DNA of 64,000 nt, taken from assembly GCA_973895155.1 (NCBI GenBank), contig OZ316894.1, forward strand, positions 19,382,805 to 19,446,804, written 5' to 3'. Source of the stretch: Marsupella aquatica. Its lineage: Eukaryota; Plantae; Marchantiophyta. Each line of letters starts with the position of its first letter. Position 1 is the first letter of the stretch. Positions 44,834 to 56,734 of this stretch are shown here, piece after piece. The position numbers and the translations under genes are program-made. Under the pieces are notes generated by a model. That model was not told where the DNA came from and did not search any database. It saw nothing but the letters and a program-made list of their open reading frames with translations.

Positions 44834-46783
44834 TATGAACGCTCGTGGGTCAATTGGGTTTCTTTCATTAGGTTAGGGTTTTTTCCCAAATGTAAATTTT
44901 AGGTTAGGGAAGAATTCACAATTGGATAATTTGAGTGGCATCAGGGGGCTGATCGAATCAATCCTCTGTCTATGGCACGCAGTGTCGAGAACCTCTTCTT
45001 GGAACGAAGGGAAGTTCCTAATTGGTTCCTATCTTTTTAGGGAAAGGCTTAAATATTGGATTATGATGAAAGAGTAAAGCATCCAGGAAGCCCATCCAGT
45101 CCAATCAAGTACAGTCCAATCCTCTGTTCATAACTGTACAGGTAGTATTGCGAGCCTCTTAATTGAATGAGGTATTAGTGCAGTTCACAGCGGGAATCCC
45201 TCTAGGAAGGGGGCTCTTCAGGAGTAGCTGAGTGAGTTTGCAGGTCGTCCCGATAGACCATCAACTGTTACATCTGCACAGAGTGATAACTCTAACATGT
45301 ATTGGTGCCTCAGAATGCACTCTAATCAGTTCCTTACAAATGGGAAATAGGGTTTGAAGTACTTTTAGAGACAGAAAATCTGCACAAAGTTTTGTTCGTG
45401 TATATGTGGAGGGCAATAAACGACAGTTCATGATCTGATTCCTTCTCTACATGTGAGTCTGCTTTGTCCTTCATGTGGTGTTCTTACCACTCATTGTAAG
45501 TTTGAGTCACTATGTAACCACTCACGTGACGCTGAACGATGGAGGAAACATTTCAGACGGACAAACCGAAAGTAACGAGTCAGAATGTTTGACAGAGTGG
45601 CCAAATTCTTCTCTTCTGTGATTCGCGGTGGCGGTGAGACTCTTGCAGTTGACCTACCGTTCCTGTACAGTGTGTTTGGGTTGAGTCATGTATATCGTAA
45701 TCAGCGCTGAGTTTTTCCATGTCCTCATTTATAAGGCGGGAAGTATCTCGATACGAAGGTAATTTTGCAGTGGAGGGAATAGCTAGTCCCTCTTCAGATG
45801 ACATACGCACCACCTATGGTTCTGATATAGTCATGTATCCTAATTAATCACAACTTCGACATTGATCGAGTTGGGTGATAAGATACCCCAAACCAACGGA
45901 TCATTTGATATTGCAAAATCTGTTTCGTGGCGAATTGAGAAGTGAGGTTCCCACTCCGTTTCCCCTCTTCTCCCTTGCCCCTTAGCAGCACATAGAAGGT
46001 ATTGTGGAAGGGCATAATCTTATAGATGATATTGAAGAATCTCTGAACATGTATGCTTTTTTGTTTGTGCTAGAAGTTCAAAAAAATTAAGAGAAAGAGA
46101 AACGAATTTGTATAACCTTCTATTTCCGTGCCGGTGGGTCACGGGAGCCTTTAAAGATCCTGCAGAATACATGAATTATTGATCATTTTGGAGGCTGATT
46201 GTTCTGGTATTGATTGGCTCGACCTATGCACAGTAGATTGGAATGGGAGGTGTGGCGGATTTTCTCTCACACTGAAAGATTTCGGGGCTGTCTATAGTGG
46301 CCAGAAATTTATAGAAGGGCAGTTGTGAACCGCTGAAGGCATCGAGATCAGATAATTAAACACAGAATGACAGGAGAAGTAAAGAAAGCTTCACATTGTG
46401 AGAGTTCCCCCATCCGCCCTAATGATAATTGAAAGACTCTTGGCCCGCTCCCTCAATTAACCTGACATGAATGGCCACTCGATTGCGTAGAGGTGTTCTC
46501 CTGATTATGGTAGATGTAAGTTGGTCTGCTTGTAAGAATTCGGGATTTTGAATCTTGACTGATTGCAAATTCCCAACACGCCGCTTTGCTCTAGAGGAGA
46601 AAACTGGTGGATCGGCCAATGGTATGCAGCGTTGACGTGGCTGGTCTTACGATACATTCATAAATGCATCTTCGGTCCACATCAGATGAAACAACTGACA
46701 GGGGGATTCGGAGTTTGCAGGAGTTTGCGTGGCAGAGACACCAGCAGGAAGTCAAGAAGGTATAAGTGGGCAGGTAATGCAAG

Positions 46784-47975
46784 ATGAGCTTGACAGCCTC
46801 GGAGAATCCGCAGGCCAGTACTCCTGTTGCTCCCAAGTTGGACGCGATACATGAAGCTTCAGTGGATCCCAAACCAGAAGATCTCGCCCCACACGCTCGG
46901 GTGCTTGCCCCATCTATTTCTAATCTGGACAATCTTTGATATGCATCTGACCACAACTTCATCTTAGGAAAAACGCCGCGGTTCAGAATAACGAAGTTTG
47001 TTTGAAGTTAAAGCCATACTTTGAAGATGATGAGCCAATGGTACAGGTCATTTCCAGAAATTTCAACGCAATTGTCCAAATCCTGAGCGGTCAGTTCAAA
47101 TTCGCTACTTTGTTTGTCAGATCGAGAATGAGTCATGGGTCAACACAATTTGTAAAAGAGCGATTTTTCAGCCTCGTGAATTTCTACTTGCCTCCTCATT
47201 CACTGTACATTGGGAGTACGTAAAACATCTCTCAGATCTGTTTTGTGAAGACGCTATGTGATCTTGCTGACAAATTCAGAATGCGCGGGGTTTGGATGAT
47301 TCATAGGTTATTGTGCATACCGATGTGCCTTATGCGCCAAAATGTCGGTTCTTCCCCGGACAAGCCAAAGAAGTGATCGGTGCAGTTCTCCGCGAGAAGC
47401 TGACAGGAGCTACGTATGATGCTGATACTGCACCGATGTGGGTTCGGGAGATCACGGACACCATCAAAGTTCGTTTGAAAGGTGTGGTGAATCCGGATAC
47501 CTTCTCATCTCAGAAGCTACAGAAGGTCACCTTCATTTCTTCCACCACAATTAGAAGCACAAGTTCGAGTCTGCAAACGAGTCTTGCCCTCTGACTCTGA
47601 TCATTCTCTCACCCCCATCCTTTCAGGACCAAGAGAATTCAGTGAGGTTTGAAAGCTTATCGTTCCTAGTGTTAAAGTAAATTTCCTGGTCTCCCATTAG
47701 AAGACGTTGTCTGATATGCTTCTTTGAATTCCAGAGTTATCTCTACTAGACTGATAGTTTCTCACATTATGTTACAATGGGTGTCTGGGTCAGATATTGA
47801 ACTAGATAGGTACAAGCTGGTGGTGCAAGCAGTGGTTGGGGAGCAACGAGGCCAAGGTTTTCAGATGTCATGTCGCTGCTTCTGGGATCCCAACACTGAC
47901 AACTATGCACACGATTCATTTGCCAATGACTCCGTGTTCTGCGTAGCAGGTGCTTTTGCGATGTACACGTATTAG
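46784..47975 (+). CDS. TCTEX1D2: Tctex1-domain dynein light chain, TCTEX1D2/DYNLT2B-like (exons ~46784-46900, 46987-47040, 47307-47481, 47794-47975)
   Basis: RF.P...KEVI..VL.EKL..ATY, DRYKLVVQAVVGEQRGQG, SCRCFWDPNTDNYA...F.NDSVFCVAGAFAMY. The last two exons are solid. The first two were inferred from in-frame GT-AG sites. Confidence 0.85.
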
Positions 47976-48764
47976 CTTAAACACCTTCATAGTTACTATC
48001 GGGCGTAGATTAGTCCGTGGTTTTGTAAATTAGAAAAACCCAGTCAAGCATTATTGAGTAACAATTAGTCAACGGTTTTGACGAAATTGACCAGTTCAGC
48101 AATTCAGGAAATGAAAGTTGCCTGTTCGGAATTTGACCGGAAGTATGCTTCCCTGTTATGAACGTAGGAGCATCTCTGGTCAGATAGTGAGGCATTGTTT
48201 CTAGTATGCAACACAAGTTGAGGCGTAATGTAGCCAGCACACTCTCGACTGAATGAAGCTAGAGTGGTAACCGTACAAATACTAGACTGATACCACACGG
48301 CGCTTAGACACATTGCCAGAAATGTCCGTTTCAATTATGATCACAAGTAGAGAATCAAACAACATTGCGAACTGTAGAAACGGAGCTGGCGTTCGGAGAC
48401 AGCAATGACCTACTTCCCTTCTACGGACCACCTAAGAAATGGGTTGTCGTCCTTAGTAGGAAGGGAAAATAAACTTTGCCACGCAAACATCAGCAAGCTA
48501 AGCACTTTGAATTAAAGTAATCGTGAACTACAGTACTTTTGAGATCGATGATTTGATGTATATGGACAAAAGAGCACACAGATGAGCTTCATTTCGCATT
48601 TTCAATATAAATCGCGATTCACTCTTCAGGACCCTGGCTACTACTTTAGAGCAAATCTCAGCCTGAGCGATGTTAAAATCTACCAAGGTTGACGAGACAC
48701 ATTAGAACCAGAGTGAAGTTAAGCAAATCTTTCCCAATCAGCTTGTTCTCCAATGTGAGACAAC

Positions 48765-51700
48765 TCATGATACTAGAAGTTCCTGCTCCTCGGTAGAAAC
48801 CTGTTCCTCTCTAGAAACCTGCTCCTCCGCAGAAACTTGTTCCTCCCCAGAAAACTGTTCGTCCGCAGTAACCTGGTCCACTGTAGAAAGCTGCGTCTCT
48901 GTCGAAATTTGGTCGCTCGCCACAACGTCAGTTTTGTCCGGGCTTTCAGAAATAACTTCATCTGATATTGATGTACCCACAATTTGGCCCACTACTACTG
49001 TAATATCATCTAATTTCCCACCTGCAGCAGTTATGAGTTAGTTGGGGACTCGACTAGTTAAGGGGACGACGTCAATCATCTGTCACTTTTGAAGCATTTC
49101 AAAAAATGGAAGGACCAGCAGTTGGCAGAATACGAGAATAGATATTTGGGATGATCAATTACAACTTACCTATCTTTCTCCCAAAAAGTTTGTATAGCCA
49201 AGGTAAATCCTGACCCTGAAATAGGAAGTTATGAGATTGATCAGTACACGTTATTGGCTGACACAGCAACTCCACACATTCACCGCCACTGTTGTTCCCT
49301 CAGAAGTTGCAAAGATCAATTGAGCGAGAAATGTCAACTCTGGCAGAAGAAACGTGCCTGCGCGATGGCTTCCTTGGCATAGGGTGAGTTATAATTTTTG
49401 TCATTCGCATGTTTACAAGCCAAAGATGCTAACGCAGTGGCTGCACAAGACAATCCAGTTCAATTAGGTGCATAATGTGATTAGACATGTGACGTTGAAC
49501 GCACTAGATAGATCGGAAAGTTGTATATCATGAGCTTCATTGACGAGAAGTACGTTTATTAAACTCGGCTAACGTTTGAGTTCAAGTGGCTCGTACCAGC
49601 CCGACCCGGGAAGTCTTCATCTGAGCCGCGCAAAATTTGCATAGTTGTCTCAATTTCAGCATCATAGACATTATCAAACAATCCATCTGACCCCATAATA
49701 ATTGTATCCCCTTCTAAAACGCCCACTTCGTACACCTGCAATTACAAATCTTTTGAATTCAATTCCTTATCGAGTTCTGGGCTGACATCTACATAACAAC
49801 CATCATCATAATTAAAATAAGAATTTGAACAAGATCAACCATAGTCCTTACTGTAGCATCGTTTGCTGTCTGTGCATTCTCGGAACTAAGTTGATATGGG
49901 CAGTCAAAGTAATGTTGCTGTGGTACAGTAGCATATACTACTTTCCCTGCACAATCCGTGAAAAGGTTAGACAAACTACTAAATGACAGTAGAACAGTAC
50001 AGAATAGAATTGATCTGTTGTTGAACTGGGATGTGGACTACAAGTCCAGGCATTGTGGACTGTGATGATGCACTTGCGCTGCAGTACTCCAATCTCATCC
50101 ACAGAATGGCCTAGTATTTTCAAGAAGCGCTAGTGACAGCAGAAATATTTCCAAAATATGAATCCTTACCCTGTCTTACAATGCGCAGTCCACAATCTCC
50201 AAGATTTGCTACACGCAAAATCCCGTTCTTCTCCAGAATTGCTACTATCCTGCCAACCAAATGATCACACAATTCACAGGAAGGCACCACTGACAGCCAA
50301 TAACCCAGGAGAACAAGCACAGGTCATATGCAAGAAAACTAAATTCTTCATTTTGAGCTCCTCGCAACACCTATTATTGAATTCACCGATAGGCCATTAA
50401 CACCATCTACCCGATTAACACTAAACACCAGCGAGCTAGCACATTTTTATTTTGAGACGTGCTTTTCAAGGAGGATCCTTACAAGCTTCCCTCCTCCCTT
50501 TCAACAATCTGGTTGAGGGAGTACAGTAGCTGAGACTTTTATAGCTGCAGTTATAGGTGTTATCGAAGCTGTCATTATGTAAATAAATTTATCCTAGAAT
50601 GACAGGAGTGCCAATGTTTGACATAATGAGTCCCCTCAACCAATTATTTGCACTAAAGCCCCATAATTAAATTAATAATATTTGTTCTTTCATTGATATT
50701 AATTTGAGAATTAACCACTCAGCCCAATAAAATTTGCCGAGACAGCTTCTCAGCTAAAATACTGGAAACAGCACCTATCTCCTTTGTAATACTTCAAACC
50801 CTCTGCCTAAGCCGAACTGATCTATAACGTTCGTATCAATTGACACCAAATCAGTAGTGAGAATCGCGTACGCTGTAGCTGCTCCAATGGAAACAGTGGA
50901 TGAATGAGCTTTCGCTATCAATTGCCTTGGATCATTACGAACCTGTTAAGCACACAATGTCGTTAATATCCATTATCATACGAGGTTTCACCAGAAACGG
51001 AACTGGAGCGTAGATTGGCCTTTCAAAGAACCGACACAAAAACAAGTGTCTATTTCTTTAATTATATATTCTCGAATAGACGGCCACTGCCACGGTAATA
51101 TTAACCAAGAGAACCAGTGGCCAGATTATAGGGGAGTTGAGAACTTATGGAAATGGACAACGGAGACTCCCATGCTCACCTCTTCACTCTCAACTGCAGC
51201 AAGAGCATGTGCCATCAATTCTTTTGAGAAAAGAGCTGGGTCAACATTCTCCTCAGCCCAACTAGTAATGATAAGACGGCCGAAATAACAACAGAGGCAA
51301 AACAAACCAAGCAAAACAATGTTGGATTAGTTTCTCACAAATCTTGAGAAATCAACTGTCCAGCGCTCCTATCATTCAGACATTTCAAGGTCAGGAAACT
51401 ACGCTACACCACGAGCAATCGTAATGAGAGGAACCTACCCTGAAACACCATCAGCCACGCCCAGGACCCCTCCACCGAAGGGACTGATAAAGTAAGCATC
51501 CTCTCCACCCTTCGCTACCTGATCATCGCCAACGCTGGGGTCAAAACCCCTTTTCCAACTCTGAGGGCAGACATCCTATTGGGACGATTGGACGGCAATA
51601 GCGGGAAATAAGATACATGACCAAAGGTGAAGGCTTAGAGTTCAAGAGACCTTGTCAGGATGTGGGATGACCTTCGCACCAGCGGTGAAGGCTACTTCTC

Positions 51701-52515
51701 TTCTGCACTTGATAACGAAAACAGTGTGCTTTACATTAATATATAGGCTGTTAATCTCTTTGCAACCTCTACTTCACCAGGACTACTATTACCGGAAAGG
51801 ACAGCTTAGCACTTAAAGACTCAAAATTAAGCAGAGGAAGGAAGAATTTAATTCTTCGTAATAACAGAAGCCAAACACCAAAAACATTAGACTCTCTTGG
51901 CCAATGAGAACATTTTGTAGTCGACTCTGCTTCAGCTTCATCTGATTTCGTAGTCAGAGCAAGCAGATTGACAGCAATTCAATTCTTCCTAATAACAGAA
52001 GCCAAACACCCTAAAAAAAGGGTAAGACGCTCTTCTACAGAGAGAACATTTTACTATCGACTTTGCTTTAGCTTCATCTGATTATCATAGTCATAGCACA
52101 CAGATTGACAGATGTTCAAACGACCGCCGCCCATTCTCTCCGAATTCGAATATTCTTCAACCTTATTCTACCACGGTACCCACTTTTAAGTTCGAACACA
52201 CGGTTTATATTCCATGCCTGTGCTATGACCAGAGACATTACGTTTCGATTGGTTGGAGGATCATGACGGGATTCTCAATTCTAAGCATTCATAACAATTA
52301 GCATAAGGACAAGTTTGGCACCTCTCAGACCGGAGTACTGTTTGATCAGTGGTAGCCAAACTTGATACGATGGCACGGGCAGGAGAGACGGGCCTTCCTA
52401 TGCTCAGTCTCGTAGACGGCAGCCGTGACGGAGAGACTGCGCCCAGACTCGGGCCCCCTGTGGCTGGCACTACTTCTGTTTTACTTCTCCATCGAAATGT
52501 TGGAGCGAGTTCCAT
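48765..52515 (-). CDS. PBCP: Photosystem II core phosphatase PBCP (PTC7-like PP2C), ~11 exons
   Basis: IPHPDK|VAKGGEDAYFIS...VADGVSG|WAEENVDPALFSKELMA, NLGDCG, QHYFDCPYQLSSE, MGSDGLFDNV, SPYAKEA, LPW..K.FG.K..GGKLDDITVVV. This matches Arabidopsis PBCP as recalled. The first exon is transit-peptide-like, and the start at ATG 52515 is tentative. Confidence 0.9.
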
Positions 52516-55500
52516 TTTTTTCCTTCCCACCTGATCCTCGTCACCTGGAAGATATTACAATCAAACATCAGGATTTCCATCGTCGAAGAGGTTCCATTTC
52601 GTTACTTACAAGAGTCCGGAGAAAATCAAACTCCAGGAACCGAAATTTGGAGAATTTGGTCCCAAACTTGAGCACAGTTTGACGAACAAAAATGATTCGA
52701 AGTATGGCAAGTGCATTGATGTCCAAGGCATACGGCCGGCATAGGGACACGGGTAAGACAGATTGGACAGAAATGAACCAGCCACATTTGCCCAGTTACC
52801 CTCGCAGTGTCCGGGAAACGAGAGACGGCATTTCTGATTATAAGAGACGCTTTGGGAAGGGGATTTTCCTGATATTGTGCTACCCACAACAGAAGACGCG
52901 CTGAAGAAAATGGTTTCCGTCTAAGCTTTGGGAGGGAAATTCCTGCTTGAGTATGATTCACAACAGAAGAAGCGTTGAGGACAGGATTCTCATCTTCAGT
53001 TTGGGAGGAGAATTTAATTTTCTTTAGTGATCCACAACAGTAGATTCAAGCGTTCTGAACAAGAATTCCCTTTAAACTGTACCCGAAGTTACATAACTCA
53101 ACACAAAGCTACACGAATGCGGAAAACTCGTCCTTTCAAAGCGCCAGCAGAGATTGCCTCTTGACTTTCCGAGAAATGCCTCTACCGCAAGAAACCCTCT
53201 TGTTGCCAGTTCTAAATTTATCTGACTTTCCGATCAATTATGTCTCTCTCATGATCCATTGTCCTCGGGGGAACTTCAAAGCAGGCATTCCTTCGTTCTC
53301 TCTGTGTACCCGCCCAGTTCTTCAAATTCTATGTAGCCAAAAACCTCCATAGTCTCACCACAGCCGGCAAACTATGCACAATTCAGTGACGTTCTAGGAA
53401 AACTCTTTCGAATCACACAGCTCCTGCAGTAGAATCCAAGTCCTGGGCTGCCAGCTCAAAGAACAGCTACGGCAGGTACCAATCTGGAAACCCACAAAAA
53501 GGGGCTCCAATCTCTGGTAATCAATCCGCTTCCTACTCCGACCTAAAATATTTTTGTAGGTACTTCATGTCAAATCGACCACTCAATTCCCAACTTGGAC
53601 AGACTGACTGTCCTATCCATCCGTCTGCAGAGCTGGCTATCTTGTTCACAAGTATTTTGTTTGTACCATACCTTCGGAGCTACAGCAACACGACAACAGC
53701 AGTCGGAACCTGGCCGCGATGGTCTTTACAAAGAGCATAATCGCATCTGGCCCAACGAAGACGAAGAAGATTCCGCTCCTACTCTCCACTCCACCTCGCT
53801 CTTCTCGTTCCTGGAGCGAATCCGAGTGCTGGTTTTCTTGCCAGAGCTGCCTTCCATGGTGAGCTTCACTTGATCCAATTTGTTTCTTGGGAATTCATTC
53901 TCTTCTCGTCTGTTCTCTTCCAGTCCGTATCCATCCTCCTCTGGCTGGGAGGGTTGGTGGGCGACTGCAGCTCAGGCCTGACCTGCGATGAAGCTGTTCG
54001 CTCACACAAGCTCGTTTGTGTCGGGGGACACAAAGAAGCGAGGCCGACCAGAGCATGTGCCGACAGCCAGACATCGATGGAGCTTTATGAAGGAATTATC
54101 TAAAAGGTGTGGCATTGACGGTCAAGTTATTATTATATCAGCCTTAAGGCTTTATGAAGGGATTATCTAAAAGGTGTGGCATTGATACTAAAAGATATTC
54201 TTATAAATGAGACCCCTCCCCTAACTCAAGTACTACGTGAATTCACAAGTATATGAATCATTCAACGCATAAATAGTTGACACAAAAAAATACATGGTTC
54301 ACATCAACTTGAGATTGCGTCCATGGGAACATATGAAAAGTTTACTGCATTCTAGGCACGTTGGTTATATATACCGAGTCTCCGTAGCACAAGATGTCCC
54401 TATTTCTCAACTAGCTCCATAAAAATGAGTCTGAAATTACACTTATCCAAGCAAACACCCATTGGGATATAATGTATGCAACGTAGTTAGCCTAATCTTG
54501 TCTGCGACTAAAATAAGACCTAATTATAGATACGGTGTAACCCTAGACTAAGAGTAAATGCCTAACAAAGTAAAGTTATGGGAGCCAATCTTGCCCTAAG
54601 GAAAGCCCGCATGCTCGAGATTTAACCTGCATCTCAAGTATTACCTGAATTCCTGTAAGCGTTATAGGAGCCGATCTTGCCGTAAGGAAAGCCCGCATGC
54701 TCGACACTTAACCCGTATCTTTCCAGCGTTAGGTTGGAATTCATAAACCCAGGACCCTGGAACTCCAAAAAGCCCCACGACTGCAGGCACGTGAGCTTTG
54801 TGCTTGACGTGGTGACGGCTGCTACATTTGAGGTGGCGGCTGATCAAGAATGAAGGAAAAATGAGATTTGCTATGAGACAAAGGTGAGAATGTAACTCCT
54901 TTTTTACGGGAAGGGTCAATGATATCTCCCCACAATCTAAAAATTCCTTTAGGTCCATGACCAGAGTTATAGCATGGACCACAAATCTGCAACTTTGAGT
55001 AATAACCCAACTTTGAGAAGCCCTACTATATATACTACTCTGCCTGCCTCATGGCTACCATCATCAAATAATCCCCCCCTAATTGGCCCCACTCCCACAT
55101 ATATATATCCTTGTCTCAAAACTTTCCTGGGGCAAAGCTTTCATATACAGCCCCTGAGACCTGTCCATCAGGTGGAGCTTATGGCCTCACCTCAGACTCA
55201 TAGCTTAATATATCCCTTTCCCTTTCTTCTTGGTCAGCCGTGCCACCCCAAATGCAGCAGCCATTAATTTTCATATCAGGCAAAAAGCTCACATGCCTTC
55301 AACTACAACTTTTCCAGACTGTCTTGCGGATTTTTGGAGTCAAGTCCAAAGTTACTAGAAATTGGTCAAGGTTATTGGTTAAGTGTTGAGCCCTTGGATG
55401 TGCTGTCCTTACAGAAGCCCATCTGTGGGCCTCACAACTTTTATGAGAGGTATCGACCATACTCTTGAGTTAAAAAACGTTGTTGTTATCCTGGTGTCAG

Positions 55501-56446
55501 TGGTTGAGTTTTAAGACTCCCTAATGATATATCCAGGCTTCCAATGTCCGATCATTGAGGAACAAGTCCAAGAAGGTGGAGCTCAACCCACCTTAAGAAA
55601 GTAGAGTCTCCCGTGCATACAACTAGTGCAGTGCCTGTAAGTGCATTCCATCGTAAAGTGCAGGCCGGCATGTAGTCCCCCAATATACATCAATTTTCTT
55701 TGGAAATGCACCAAAAATGCAGTTTACATAAGTGCAAAAAGGCCCTACTAAATGCCAAATATCAGCACTAAGGCTACAAATACATAAGTGCATTGCCATC
55801 TATAAGTGGACAGATGCATTTATCAGTTAATGGAATGCATGCACAAGAAGCATTTATTGGTAAGGGTAGAAAACATTTATTCATGCAAAACTTTACGAAG
55901 AATTTACCAAATGAATATTCAGACAATCAACTTCACATAGAGTTGCACCTTAATATCCACAGTATTTGGTTGGATGTCTATTATGGTTTGATAGATATGA
56001 TTCAAGTTCGTACATATGTAACCTGCTTTTGTAAAGAAAAAAAGTTCAAGACAGTTAGATTGCAAAGGAGATCATTGCATGGCTATATATAAGTCTGGGG
56101 TGGGTTCTCTCTGCCCTTTCCCTTCCCCCACCCCAACACAAAACTATAAATAAAAACTTCAATTAACGCAAAGCTTAATACTTGTAGAGAAGAAGGTTTC
56201 AAGTGTGCCAGTATGTCAAAAGCCCTTTTCACAATGGTGTGTAAAAGAATGTTCCATTCAAGATTTCAAAGGTTGAAATTTGTTCATAATCAGTACGACA
56301 AAATTCAAATTATGTTATTTTGAATTTAAACATTGTCACTAGTAAAGAGTTCAAGAAAGGATTGCGTTGTGATGATTGTGGGATAATTTTCAAAATGTGA
56401 GAAGCTGGGGACAAAACATGACCATCTATCTGATGTATTTGACGAA

Positions 56447-56712
56447 CAAAGAGCTTTGGCTATAGTAAGAGTTCAGGCACTAGCTAGGGTGGGGCTCACA
56501 AATGTGGCTACTAGGGCTCAAGCACAAAGAGCTTTGGCTAAGAGTTCAGGCACTAGGGTGGGGCTCACATATGTGGGTACTAGGGCTCACTCACACAAAA
56601 AGATTGTCTGTCAAGGGGTGGGGCTCACATATGTGGGCACTAGGGCTCACACACAGAAAAAGATTCATTGCCATCGTGATCAGGTTGAGCATCCCCATTG
56701 CCATCGTGATGA
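56447..56712. repeat. Three ~60-70-bp tandem units just downstream of the RLK stop codon
   Basis: GGGTGGGGCTCACA(A/T)ATGTGG..ACTAGGGCTCA occurs near 56487, 56556 and 56616, and CATTGCCATCGTGAT occurs twice. Confidence 0.85.
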
Positions 56713-56734
56713 TTATCTTCCTAGTATGCCTCCT

